The notes: generated by a model from the letters alone, not told the origin. Shown: positions 1 to 11,790, counted from the first letter of the whole stretch. The stretch is 58,373 nucleotides of DNA, filler included, from Sphacelaria rigidula (GCA_964200075.2; 10 parts of 10 records of this genome joined end to end with filler, not necessarily neighbours in it); one strand, 5' to 3'. Translations and numbers: made by a program.

Positions 1-352
1 GGGGGGGGGGCGTACTCGTCTTTTTGCTTACCTTAGTCGTTTGACCATTGACCACCCATCCCTTTCGAGACCGAATTCTTCTTGGGGAGGGGGGGGGATG
101 TAGTCATCATCATATGCATGCCATAGTCATAAGACCATTAACTTCGCATCTCTACAAAGCCGGGACGCGGCACGCCGGGTTTTCACCGGACCAGGCTCGC
201 AATCAATTACCAAGCGCGAAGCTCCGTGATGTGCTCGGCGAGTCGCATGGAGGGTGAACTCCATCCTGCTAGGCGTACTGATTATCTTACATTCGGATGA
301 CAGCCTCCGATGAGTTGCTTCATTATCTGTTATCGCCACTTCCAGAGACAAC
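1..352 (+). repeat. Dispersed repeat family with G-run terminus (GGGGGG.GTACTCAT...TGACCATTGACC.CGCATCCCT module plus about 250-bp body)
   Basis: The body aligns by eye with 15856-16122 (+) and 34131-34231 (-). The 70-bp head module recurs at 33514-33907 and 40933-41078. Confidence 0.75.
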
Positions 353-930
353 CGTGCGTTCTACACTACCTCATGTGTGTCTCACCACTCAAACACTAGG
401 TAGTGCGATTATCCCATTTGCGGGAAGTTGAGGTTCTGCCATCCCGTACAGTATGATTCAGCTCGACCACTATTGTCACTGCTCAAAAAGACGCAAGCGC
501 GCGCAAAAAATCGGTTGCCTGGTTGCATAGCTCACGCAATGAGTGGCGTGTTTGATAGCGTTGTTGGCCAACCGACGCCAACCCTACAGGGGGTCCGTTC
601 CTACATAGCCGAGACGGAGCACGCCGGGTTGTCGCCGGACAAGAGTAAAACGAAGGGGGAAGCTGTGGCTTTTGACCGACTGTTGGTTGGAGCTCTAAAT
701 TATCGGAATATCGTTGTTGTGAATCATGATACAAAACATATATACTGCAACCAGTCATGAGCCAAAATGCTGTCATCGGTCAAGATCCAAACGTGTGAAA
801 TTAGTTCGTTGTTGATCCGCACGAGTATGTAGTAGCGTAAGTCTTACGTAAAACGTTTTGGAAGTTTCAAGTTTGTTTACCCCCGCCCCTCCGTCCATGC
901 AAAAAACCGAAACGAAATATGGATACGCAG

Positions 931-1122
931 ATGTTGCTGGAGGGCATGAACGGTATCGACCTAGCAGTGGCTGAGGCGGAGGACGCCTGTCTCCGAGCCA
1001 AGAAGGACCCGCCGCCGCCGCCTGCCAACAATCACATTTTCATCTACGCTGTTGCGCCTGATCCAGACGCAATCCCTGAAGTCGTGGAGGAACACATGCG
1101 CGAGCTCATGACCCGATTCCAG
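931..1122 (+). CDS. ACC: Acetyl-CoA carboxylase (homomeric, eukaryotic), central-domain exon 1 of 4 visible
   Basis: cag|ATG...CAG|gt, 192 nt, phase 0. MLLEGMNGIDLAVAE...NNHIFIYAV...MRELMTRFQ resembles the ACC central-domain NHIF region and splices in frame to the next three exons. Confidence 0.85.
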
Positions 1123-1329
1123 GTGTGCACACAGTATGTATATCTGTATATGTAAATGTAAATGTATATGTATGTACCGTGTGATCACGGCTGAAACGCG
1201 TGCTTCGAGAAACGACCGCCTTTTACTGGGGACACCCCGAGCCCTCCCCCCCCTCCCCCCAGCATATCGTAGTATTGCTCGTTCAACTTCATGCCACGTA
1301 CACACATGCGTACGTCGTCTTGAAAACAG

Positions 1330-1470
1330 GGCAGGATCCAGTTGCTAGGCATCAATCACCTGGAGGTGAAGATGGTGTGCGGGCTGGGAGGGGGTAGCGT
1401 GCTGGCGCCGATCAGGGTGTTTGTATCCAACCCTACGGGATACGCCGTCAGGATCGAGACCTACCTCGAG
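1330..1470 (+). CDS. ACC: Acetyl-CoA carboxylase exon 2 of 4 visible
   Basis: cag|GGC...GAG|gtgcgt, 141 nt. GRIQLLGINHLEVKM...APIRVFVSNPTGYAVRIETYLE matches the ACC pattern 'RL..L.V...E.K....PIR.F..N.SGY......Y.E'. Confidence 0.9.
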
Positions 1471-1594
1471 GTGCGTGCTTGGTGGATTAATGTACCACAC
1501 AGTACCGAAGAAGAGTGCGCGATATTTTTTTTCGACCTTCTCATGTTACCTCAAGTCCTGGCAGCGGTCTGTCGGGGGTTCTGCTTGGGTCCAA

Positions 1595-1909
1595 CCGCCG
1601 CGCCCCGGTGGTGCAATCGTCTGACTGTCGCCATTAGGGTGCAGAGAACGGGGGTTCAATTCCCGATGGGTTGGGGTTTTTCTTCATCATGTATGATTCT
1701 CACCGTGGAAAGCGTGAGAACGTTGATAAACAAAAGTAGTCGACTGGGTTTGTGTGACGTGAGTTGACGCGGTGCGGGAGTGCTGATCCAATCCGCGAGA
1801 TCAAAATAAAAGCACGCACCGGGGGAGAAATGGGTTGATCCCTTGAGACCACGGACTCATCCCGAGGCAGGAGAGGGGTTAAAAGGGTGAGTAAAAAAAT
1901 AAAATAAAG
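1595..1909 (+). mobile_element. tRNA-derived SINE, family B, in ACC intron
   Basis: Head GCCCCGGTGGTGCAATCG (A box) ... GGTTCAATTCCC (B box), A-rich tail. Collinear copy at 49236-49558 and inverted 3' fragment at about 3733-3878. Confidence 0.8.
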
Positions 1910-2603
1910 TGATAGATCTTTGGCATGACGTTTTTTTGTTTTCTCTCCCCCTCTCTTTTTTTTTTTTGTCTTTTTGCCTTGTCTTTCTTCCCGTTCTTCC
2001 TCTTCCTTTTTTTTTTCTCTCTTCTTGTTTTCGTTTTCCTCTTTTCCCTTTTTTTACTCATGGTTTTGTAGCTGTTTCTTGCTTGTTTTGTCGTTTATCG
2101 TCTCTCTTTTTTTTTTATCGTTTGTGCCCCTCTACTTTTTGAGTTCTTTCTGCTGCAGCGTGTCCCAGTTTTCTTGTTTCTGCTTGCTTGTGTTGATTTT
2201 TTTTCGTGATCACGGCGGTATTCTTGGCGGATCAGTTTCATCCATTTGTCGGTAGGATCACTGGGTGCTGTACTCGGAGTATGACCCGGATGGAAACCAG
2301 GTCGACACTCCTTCTCTTTCAACAACCACTCACTCAGTGTCTTGTCACAAACGGCGTGAACACGGCACAGCACAGACTGTAGTATCACATACTTGAGAAT
2401 GATTCTCACTGGAAAATGATACTCACTCTGCGTTTGACACATGGGACAACGACGCGTACTGGTGCGTGACCCACTGGATTATGACACGTATTTTGGCAAG
2501 CGGGCATCGGATAGCCAGGTCAGGTGGACGAGCGTGAACCTTGAACTGCTGCTACCTGACGCGAATAATGAATGTCGGTCGAATGGGTTATATGAACGTA
2601 CAG

Positions 2604-2756
2604 GTATCAGAGGGGGGCAAGCGGGTGTTCAAGGCGTTGGAAGGCGACAAGAAGGGCAGCAGCGCGGGGAGGAAGATGGAGGGTTGGGACGGGAAGGACG
2701 TCACCACGCCGTATCCCGTGTCCGCTCCATTCGAGGACAAGCGACTGCTCGCTCAG
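2604..2756 (+). CDS. ACC: Acetyl-CoA carboxylase exon 3 of 4 visible
   Basis: cag|GTA...CAG|gtac, 153 nt. VSEGGKRVFKAL...WDGKDVTTPYPVSAPFEDKRLLAQ matches ACC 'G..I.TPY.....L..KR..AQ'. Confidence 0.9.
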
Positions 2757-3289
2757 GTACAGAATCATCGAAAAGTATATATATATACATACTTTTTCCT
2801 GCTTATATTTGAACTAAAGGATTTTCAAAAACGGGGAGTTCGGCTTACATATCCTTGGAATGGCTCCTTGAGAGTAAGAAATTTCTCGCATATTGATGGT
2901 TTCGAAATAATCATTCCCCCAGATGCTTGTGGAGGGACACCATACCCCGTTGCTGCAGATAGAAATGTGCAGATTTTTGTTTTATTTTCTTCTCTTCGGG
3001 TTATTGTTTTTTTGTCGTTTCTTCACATCCTGGACAATAAATTCTGTTGTCGAAAAGTGCACTGCGTACAATGTAGAACCTATGGTCTGTGTAAAAAAGG
3101 CGCAATAGTCGATACTGCACGCAGTACACTTTTTGACGGTGTGTTTTATTGTCCTTGTCCAGGGTGTGCATTTCTTCGTGTGTTTTTTTTCCTAGTCTTG
3201 TTCGTGTGCTCTATTATTTTTTGCCTTCCAAATGGTAATGGTACTGTTTTTTTTATCGTTTTTTGTGTTGGTTGTTCCTTGTCCTCCAG

Positions 3290-3383
3290 GCTCGAAGCGA
3301 CACGCTCTACTGCTTCGATTTCCTGGAGCTGCTGGAAGCTGGCGTGCGCGAGCAGTGGGCCGCCTATGCTAAGGATCGCCCTC

Positions 3384-3385
<2 letters not shown>
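3290..3385 (+). CDS. ACC: Acetyl-CoA carboxylase exon 4 of 4 visible (start of carboxyltransferase region)
   Basis: Pyrimidine tract, then cag|GCT...CAG|gtgtgt, 96 nt. ARSDTLYCFDFLELLEAGVREQW matches ACC 'GTTY.YDF.E.F...L...W'. Confidence 0.9.

Positions 3386-3450
<65 letters not shown>
3386..3450. repeat. (GT)n microsatellite starting at the ACC exon donor site
   Basis: Perfect GT run directly after CCT CAG. Confidence 0.98.
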
Positions 3451-3451
<1 letters not shown>

Positions 3452-3732
3452 ATATATCTATTTTATGTCAGCTGTCTGTAAATGCATTTATGCAATTTAA
3501 ATCAATTCATCTTTCGCTTGAACACGTGACAGCACCCGCCGCAAGAATATTGACGAGGGAACGGTAATATGCAGTACTAGTACTTTGTATATAGACACTG
3601 TACAGGTCACCGCAACCAAAAGAAGAACGGATTGACGTTCGGCATGACCGCCCGAACCAAACACGAGTCTGTTATCTCTCACACACAAGATTAGTCTCAG
3701 TTTTTTTCATTCTCACTTCCAATCTGTAATGT

Positions 3733-3878
3733 TCCTCGCGGGAGGAGTCCGTGGTCTCAAGGAATCAACCCCTCTCGTCTCTTATTTCCCCCAGTACTAC
3801 TGTACATGCCTCATAATTTGGTATCATCACGATATTGGATCATGACTATCAGCAATCCCGCACCGCATCGACTGTCGT
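3733..3878 (-). mobile_element. 3' fragment of SINE family B
   Basis: Reverse complement contains GCGGTGCGGGA.TGCTGAT...GGGTTGATTCCTTGAGACCACGGACTC, as at 1770-1860. Confidence 0.65.
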
Positions 3879-4106
3879 GCAACAAACTCATCCGGAAATA
3901 TTTTTTTTTCTTTGTTATTCGCGTACGTCCTCACGCTTTCAAGGACTGAAGAAATCAGGAACGTTTGAAAACAGAGCCACACTAGACGCACCCATCTGGC
4001 GGGTATCGAGCCGCGTTTTCCCTGCCCTAATGGTGTGTCAGTTGGATCATTGGACTACCACGGCGTGGTGCCATCATTACAAAAGATGAAGGCTGCACGA
4101 GAGTCA

Positions 4107-4499
4107 TGCTACGGTAGAGGTTCCACATATGGGCCAAGATTTTTATCATCCAGGGGCTCCTCAAAATATGGAGCTACACAAGAATATGGGGTCAGGACAT
4201 GTCCGTTCTCAAATCCATTCGGGACATCCCTAGCCCATTGGAATGATGATCGTGGCGTACTATAATGTTACACATTTCATTACTCGCTTTTTGGATGAGA
4301 GAGAGTCCACTGTGTCCTTCTTTTTCTTCAGCGAGTGTCTTCAATTTTGTTTTTCTTGGGTGTACGTCTATCATGTGACCTCGGCTACATCCCTGGGGGG
4401 TCACCTAAAGTGCTACAATCAATCGATCAATCAAATCAATCAAAGAGGACTCTCAACAATGCGAAGCCCGGAAAATATTTGTGTACCCTTACCGTAGTA
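4107..4499. mobile_element. MITE with TGCTACGGTAG TIRs, interrupted by a (TCAA)n retroposon
   Basis: TIRs tgctacggtagagg / ccttaccgtagta. Internal sequence is homologous to 4545-4788, 5118-5584 and about 28490-28680. Confidence 0.75.
4305..4443 (+). mobile_element. 5'-truncated retroposon with (TCAA)n tail (family C; LINE-type 3' end)
   Basis: ...GGGGGGTCACCTAAAGTGCTACAATCAATC... tail; absent from the sister MITE at 4545-4788. Copies at 13554-13700 (-), 15640-15777 (+) and 48978-49071 (-). Confidence 0.7.
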
Positions 4500-4525
4500 C
4501 TACAGGCGATTCGGACTCTTACTAC

Positions 4526-5603
4526 TGAGCTTGTAATTGAGCAATGCTACGGTAGGGGTACACTTTTTCCGCAAAATCTTTTCTAGTTCAGGGGCTCCCA
4601 ACGATTCTAGATGCACAAGAATATGGGTCAGGGCATCCTCGTTTGCAAATTCATTCGGGATATCCCAGCACGTTGTGGTAGTAATCCTGGCGTACTCTCA
4701 CATATCATCATAAGTGGTGTTTTGCATGAGATCGAGGACTCCTACCAATTCTAACCTCAGAAAATATTTGTGCACCCGTACCGTAGCATCACTCAATCAT
4801 TGCTGCTTCGAGCGCCCCCATACTGATCAATTTATATCCCCGAGTATTGCGAGTGCTGACAGTTCTGTGCGCAAAATTGTGTCGATGCTGGAAAATGATC
4901 CATTGCTTTGGCGTACGTGGTTGGTTGCCAGTTGGATGCGGGCGTTTTACAGGGGACTTTGGTGTTTAACCCCTTGACCGTGCGACGTTTTCCCGTTTGC
5001 GGAATCGGCACAATTTTCAGTTTTTTTTCACGTGAACGTGGTGCTGATTCATCAAAAATGGACCAACCCCGGCGGTCATAAGGTTGAAACAAGAAAAACA
5101 GGAGCCAACATGAGTGATGCTACGGTAGGGGTGCACAAATACCGTAAGTGTGCGGGTCATCGCACACCCCCTGGGCCGAATTTAAAAGCTCGCTTACTCC
5201 ACAACAAGAAGAGCATCAGTTCTAAAAAGGGTGACGCTGGAAATTTCCCGTCGATAGCTGTCCGAAAACGCGTCGTTTGATATTGGCACCCTCTTTGTCA
5301 TGGAGTAATCGACCTTTCAAATTCGGTCCAGGGGGTGTGCGATGACTCGCACAATTATTCTATTTTCTGAGGTTAGAATTGTTAGGAGCCTTTGATCTCA
5401 GGCAAAACACCACTTATGAAAATTCGTAAAAAGTACGCCAGGATTACTACTACAATGTGCTGGGGATATCCCGAATGAATTTGCAAACGAGGATGCCCTG
5501 ACCCATATTCTTGTGCATCTAGAATCGTTGGGAGCCCCTGAACTAGACAATATTTCGCGAAAAAATTGTACCCCTACCGTAGCATTGCTCGACTACAAGC
5601 TCA
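4526..5603. repeat. Long inverted repeat (arms 4526-4795 and 5111-5603), each arm containing the TGCTACGGTAG MITE
   Basis: The arms are reverse complements, including flanks on both sides of the MITE (tgagcttgtaattgagcaa / ttgctcgactacaagctca; tcactca / tgagtga). Confidence 0.85.
5142..5360. mobile_element. Tc1/mariner-type MITE with TA target duplication, nested in the right arm
   Basis: TA at 5140-5141 and 5361-5362. TIRs of about 40 bp (gtgcgggtcatcgcacacccc / ggggtgtgcgatgactcgcac). The empty site is visible in the left arm (cagaaaatatttgtgcac). Confidence 0.8.
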
Positions 5604-5748
5604 AGTCGTGAGGCCCATGCGACCAATGTCAAAGTAACGACGTGGGCGCGAAACGGATTAAGGACGGTTTTGCGGTGGGCTGCGTGTATCTGGGTTACAA
5701 CGCTGAAATAAAGCCTAGGGATTGATTCGTCACGAGTCGACTCATGAT

Positions 5749-5848
5749 NNNNNNNNNNNNNNNNNNNNNNNNNNNNNNNNNNNNNNNNNNNNTTAATTAA
5801 TTAANNNNNNNNNNNNNNNNNNNNNNNNNNNNNNNNNNNNNNNNNNNN
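5749..5848. other. Artificial contig linker (N44-TTAATTAATTAA-N44)
   Basis: The same 100-bp six-frame-stop spacer recurs at 11597, 17445, 23292, 29139, 34986, 40833, 46680 and 52527. Confidence 0.99.
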
Positions 5849-5875
5849 GCCTCGGGCTCGGAGACCCCCAGGCAA

Positions 5876-7428
5876 GTGGTTCCTAAGTTGGCTGATGTTT
5901 CGGCCCGCATTTTAGGTTTGTCCGATACGGATACACCTGACCGTCCTTTGCCTTCTACGGCAGCCCGCGCTTTAGCAACCGCCGCGGCTGACAAGGAACG
6001 TTCGGAAGCTAGCAAAAAAGCAGCTTCCGATAAAGCTGAGTCTGCCCGAGTGGCTGCAATACAAAGAAAGTATATTCAGATGGATGTGAAAAAACTCTGG
6101 CACATCAAAACCATGCCTGCCGCGGATAACGAAGATTCGGGCCAGTTTACTTCTGTCCTCATCACGTCCATCCGCCGCATTGTTTGTAACATCCTCCACT
6201 TGGCGGATGTGACTGGCACACAACGTTTCGAAGATTCCGACTTGGTAGAGGGCTGCCAAACCCCCTTGCACAAAGCAATGCATTGATCGATCAGCCGCCG
6301 TTCTACCGACCTCGCTGCTTCTTTGACGCAGATTCTCGACGAATTTTTTCGCCGAGAGGGATCCGGATCGGGCCAAGGGGAAGACAGGCCCGGTATTACT
6401 CTCTGATTTGGAGAGGCGTCTGATCGGTTACTTCGATAAAAGTGACCCGGCTAGTGCCATCCAGAGGCTGAGTTCATTTGTTGTCGCCTCTGATGTTCCT
6501 TTCGCGGACTATCTCCGCGAATTTTAGCTTTTGGTTTCGGGTACGACGGGAGTCGGACGTCAGAACGGACCGAGTGACGCAATGCGTCAGACTTACGTTC
6601 GCAGTAGCGTTGCTCAACAGTATCCGGCTCTGATATCGTCGTTGTTTCCGGGTGTCTTGGCGCATCGCGAGGTGCCTTACGCCTCCGTGGATACTATGTG
6701 GTCTGCTTTTGTACACCAAGAGGGTAATCTAACGCCTGCCATACGTGGCAAAACTTCAACATCTGTGCGTTCACAACCTACGGTTGTGTCCTCCGCTCAT
6801 GCCCAAGGGGCTCGCGGATAGGAATTCGAGCTCGTCTCGCGCTTCATGGGCCCCCGATTCAGTCGCCGGTTCAGTTATGCATGTTCAGAGTACCAGAGAT
6901 GCATTTAGCGCGAGTTTTGACGGTTGGCCGTTTGCCGAGGAAACTTGGGATGGTGTTTATCTGACTTCAACAACGGCATTCATAACCGATTATCCCCATT
7001 TGTGGAACCCTCTTCTTTCGTCTTCCGCTAGACTCAACGCCTTCAGCAGTCATGCCAACAGTTGCATCAACTGTAGTGTTCAAGGTCACAGCATGCGCAA
7101 CTGTGACAGTCCATGCATCAGTGCCTTTGATCTCATGAACCCTGAATTGCAGAACAACGAACCCGCGTGGCGCCGATGGCAAAAACGCATGCGCGATTAT
7201 CGCCCACCAACTCGAAATTACCGCAACAATTCGAGCCAACGTGACAACAAAAGCTCTAATCGCGGTCGCCGACACAACAACAATCACGGGAGCGCTCGCC
7301 AGAACGATCAAAATTCTCGCGAGGACAAACGTTCCGCTGATAGACACCAGCAGACGGGATCGACACAAAGTTCTAATCCTAACACCAGAAACCCTGGTAC
7401 CTTCACTTCGGATCGCTTAGATCCATGA
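5876..7428 (+). pseudogene. Gag-like region with CX2CX4HX4C zinc knuckle, frameshifted
   Basis: Consecutive ORF fragments (5876-6286, 6531-6821, 6745-7428). The last has the knuckle and a basic, N/R-rich tail. Confidence 0.75.
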
Positions 7429-8433
7429 CGTGCCGACGCCGGCGTTCTTCGGTCTTCCACGCCGTCGATAGCACGAGCGAAGACGTTTTCAACACAGCCC
7501 GCGGAGTCCGTGTCAAAAATTGCTGACTCGACTGCCCCGGCACTATCCAGGAGCGTAACTGACGGCCGTTTGTATCAACCCCCGTCTCGAACCTCCACAC
7601 AATTTTCAACACAGCCCACAGAGCCCGTGGCTAAGATTGCCCGCTCGGCTCTCCCGGCACTATGCAGGAGTGCATCTGACGGCCGTTCAAATCGACCCCC
7701 GTCTTCATCCCTCCACACGCCGCGTAACAGCTGTGTCACCCCGCGACTCAGATCTACACCCGGCCCTGAACTTGGTCCTTCGGTACCAAGTGTAAGTCTG
7801 AGGTGTGGGAAGATCAACCGCCAGCCCCTGACGCAACGGCTTCCCTCAGCGACCGCACGCACAGGTAGCAGTAAGCCTTTTTCAGCTGACCCAAGTGTTA
7901 CTGATTTGAACCTGACCACATCGGATCATGTGATTCCCAATCAGTTCGATCGGGCTCCTTCCCCGCGATTTTCAAGACGCACGGACCTACCTTCGGCCGG
8001 TTTTACGTAACAACCGGCCCAACATATCTTCGGCTATGCCCCAACAGCGCGCATCATTACGGACACCTCTTTCGAGCGGAAATCCTCGACCTCAATCTCT
8101 CCAAAATGCGACGACTTTGAGCTCGACCGCTCTATCAAGTATCCCGGCAGAAACAAAATTACATGATTCTGACGGCACTACTTCTTCAATCGACGGCTCC
8201 AGCCCCTCACACCCTGGATCCCCCTTTGACGGTGATCCCCGTCAACCAAAGACGATCATTTACGAAATCGTCAATGAACGTGCCACACCTGGAAATAATG
8301 TACCGTCCACCCCTTCTCTGGTGAGACATCTGACCCACCGGCGGATCATCCGCCATGCGTTTTTGCTGTCAGCCCCGCTGATCCTGACCAGTTTACCCTG
8401 CCGCAACACGGTCCGGATCTTGTCGGCGGCAAA

Positions 8434-11400
8434 GTGTCTGTCGATCCGGCCACTTTTACTACTCGCGTTGCGATCCATGCCGGTCCAAACGCTATCGCGC
8501 CTACGAAATGCGTGTTCTTGTTGGACAGCGGCAGCCCGAAAACGTTTATTCAAGAATCAACATGGAAACGTATGATACAGATCGGCGCTGCTACTGCAGC
8601 TTGCGAAATCACCACCAAACCTTGCGTGTGGGGCGGCTTCGGTGACTCGGCCGCGCCACTGACGACTCGTAAATCCGTACGTCTCAGTGTGCAATTCTTT
8701 CACAATACCACTCGATCTGCCAGCCTGGCAGTCTGGGCATACATTGTTCCCGACAGCACCATGCATCACACCATATTATTGGGCAGAGATAGCTATATGC
8801 GGTTGAATAACCGCACCTACCTCACGCTTCCACCATTAACGCCACATTCCCCGCCGCGTGGAAAATGCAACCTCGAGCACTTCGGTGCTCCCCACAGCGC
8901 CCTGGCTTATCAGAAGAATCCTCAAGCAACCGGAGCTGCTTACCATCTACGATAAAGCGGTAGTGTGGTTATAACACTCTCCGACGACCCGCAACTTCTT
9001 GAAGTTGCACTAGTTCGCTGAGATGGCATACCAGCACTTACGGGCCATTATCTTGCCGAAATGTTACCCTGTATTGGCGCACCAGCCGACACAGAACATT
9101 TTGTGTCGGCGGGACAACAACTCCTCCCTCTTACGGGACATGCTTACTTGGAACCCGGCGATGTTTTAGGAATCACCGCTGCTCCCCTGATGCACATCCC
9201 AGTCGAGACGTGCATCACAGAGCCTGCCGCACCAACCACCACATCTCCGGCGGAGTCAGTACATTGCGTCGATGAACCTTATTTCGATCTCGCCTCTTCT
9301 ACTCCACCCTAGGTCCACACCGTGGATCCTGCCCAGTCAAATTCCGATCCTCCTGCTGAAGTGCTTCAACGCTTATCATCAGACTCTCGGAATAGCTTCT
9401 TGCACATGTGGGACCAACTGCCGCCACACATGCGCGACATCAATTTTGATCTTCATGGACCCGGCTGGGAACCGGCGGTCATCCAAGAACTCAGTGATGT
9501 CCTGCTACAGTACCAAGACCGATTTTCCCGATCCAAGACGGATCTTGGGCATTGCAAAACACTGCCCTTTGAGGTTACCTTCTAACCCGGTGTCTCGCCG
9601 ATCTCTTCTCGGCCATACCGTACCGACCCAATCCTTACCAAGAAAGTTAGCGCCATCTTGGATGCGTATTTGGGAGCGGGACTAATCCAACATTCCTCCT
9701 CTCCTTGGGCCTCGCCACTTGTGGTCGTCCCCAAAAAGGATGGAAACATACGCATCACCGTGAATTATTGACGGCTGAACCGCGTCACTGTCGTCGGTAA
9801 ACTTCCGATTCCCCGCATTGATGAAGTCTTCGACTCCTTAGGCGAAGGCAAAATATTCAGCACCTTCGACCTCGCTTCTGGATTTTTCCAGAATGCTATA
9901 CACCCTGACACAGTCCCACTGACGGCTTTTTGCACCTCGTCCGGACTCTATGAGTGGCTTCGGATGCCACGAGGCGCCGCCACTGCCCCGGGATGCTTTC
10001 AACGCTTAATGCAACGCGTCACCGAGGGCCTCGAGCACCTCATCATGTACTTGGATGACGCTATCGCTTTCGATGCCTCATCTATTGCACATATACGCAC
10101 TCTACGAGAATTTCTCTCTCGCCTACGTACGCACGATTTGAAAGTGTCTCCATCCAAAGCTCGCCTTGGCGCGACTGACTTGGATTTCTTGGGGCATTCC
10201 ATTTCGCCAGCAGGCCTGCATCCGGATACAAACAAAGTCAAGGCGATGACTGATTTGCCGATGCCAACTAACATTTCTCAACTTTGCTCATTGTTGGGTG
10301 GGCTATCCTACTACCGCAAATGTTTGTCGAATTAATCGAAACGAATTCGCCCTCTTACTGAGCTACTCAAGAAAAGAGCCGTGTTTCTTTCACCACAGAA
10401 ATGGAGACTATCACCCGCGAATTACTCAAGACGCTTAACGAAAAGCCCGTACTTTGCTTTCCTGATTAGGAGGCAGCACAAGATGGCTCCCGCCTTTTCC
10501 AACTCCATACTGACGCCAGCACGAATGGATTTGGAGGAGTTTTGAATCAACCTCAGGTTGATGGCTCTGTCCGACCCATCCTTTATATCAGCCGCGCTAC
10601 CCTGCCCAACGAAGCCAATTGGAGCCCGCTCGAGCTGGAAGGCGGAGCAATCACTTGGGCCATTAAGCGCCTTCGGCAATATCTGTTTCACGTGCCCTTC
10701 GGGATCTATACGGATCACGGAGCACTTGAACAACTCGCTAAGGTTGATGAACATAACCCTCGTGTACAACGATGGTTGGAGTTTCTAACAGCATACCAGT
10801 ATACCATTAAGCACCGTCCAGGCAAAACCAACGGGAACGTGGATCTTCTTTCCCGCCTACTTCTGCCGCCTACGGCCGCAGATTCCAGCCCGGCTTGCCG
10901 TTTAACGGAACCCGATGAACCCGGAATTTACGCGATCAGACGTTTTTCAACGCCCGTTTACGCCCTCGACCTCCACTGCCCGGAAACAGGTATGCATATG
11001 GGAGGACCTCGCCCTCTACCATACGACGCCGTCTTGGGTGGATTAAAACCCACTACCCCCGATTTTGTGGATTTTCGCACTTTCGGTACTCGCGCGAAAC
11101 TCCTCGCGGAGACACCCCCAGTCACCCACCTTATCTCCGACAACACACGCTCCCGGTCCGCCGCCCGCACCATACCGAGTGCCCCGCCGCCGCCAACAAC
11201 ACCTTCAACCTCTATGAGCCACCCAGCACAAGTTCCACGGACCAACACGCAAAGCTCCGCAAAAACTTCAGCACCGTGCGCCACGTGCCGCGAAAAATCT
11301 TTGCCGCGCACTGATACAACCCCGTCGCCTATACTGGCGCTGCAAGCATCTTCTGCCCCCGAGCACAGAACTGACGCCTCGTCTCCTGCTCCCGAGACAG

Positions 11401-11596
11401 ATATTGACGTCGGCATTTCTGTCCCGTCGCCTGTTCCCCCGCCGCCTGCCCTACCATGTGTGGTCGGCTCGCCAGCGGAAGGCCAACTACGCGAGTTTCT
11501 CGCCAGCTACTCCCACCGTGATTGGGCTCGTGAACAAAACGCAGAACCGCTATGTCGCGCAGCCATTCGGTACTTACAGCTTGACTGTCCAGTCCC
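8434..11596 (+). pseudogene. pol: Gypsy pol (PR-RT-RH), disrupted
   Basis: Motifs as above. In-frame stops include those at 8953, 9310, 9583 and 10333, and there is a frameshift near 10390. Confidence 0.92.
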
Positions 11597-11759
11597 NNNN
11601 NNNNNNNNNNNNNNNNNNNNNNNNNNNNNNNNNNNNNNNNTTAATTAATTAANNNNNNNNNNNNNNNNNNNNNNNNNNNNNNNNNNNNNNNNNNNNTTTT
11701 TTTTTTTTTTTTTTTGTTGTTTTTTTTTTTCTTCCATAAAGTTGCTTTTTTTTTTTTGT

Positions 11760-11790
<31 letters not shown>

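Larger units (their letters stand above)
5849..11596 (+). mobile_element. Ty3/Gypsy LTR retrotransposon internal region, degenerate (gag - protease - RT - RNase H - start of integrase linker); LTRs not in contig
   Basis: CCHC knuckle CINCSVQGHSMRNC (7063-7104), protease VFLLDSGS (about 8512-8535), RT motifs SSSPWASPLVVVPKKDG, DLASGF, MPRG and YLDD, RNase H LHTDAS and YTDH...RVQRW. Several stops and frameshifts. Confidence 0.95.

Noticed and set aside
2541..3500. 319-aa ORF
   Set aside because: It is a chance read-through of ACC exon 3, an intron and the (GT)n tract. Only the exon part is coding.
9300..10480. RIP-like or methylation-driven C-to-T decay of the Gypsy copies
   Set aside because: Some stops arise from CAA/CAG, but others are transversions. 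No clear bias can be established by eye.
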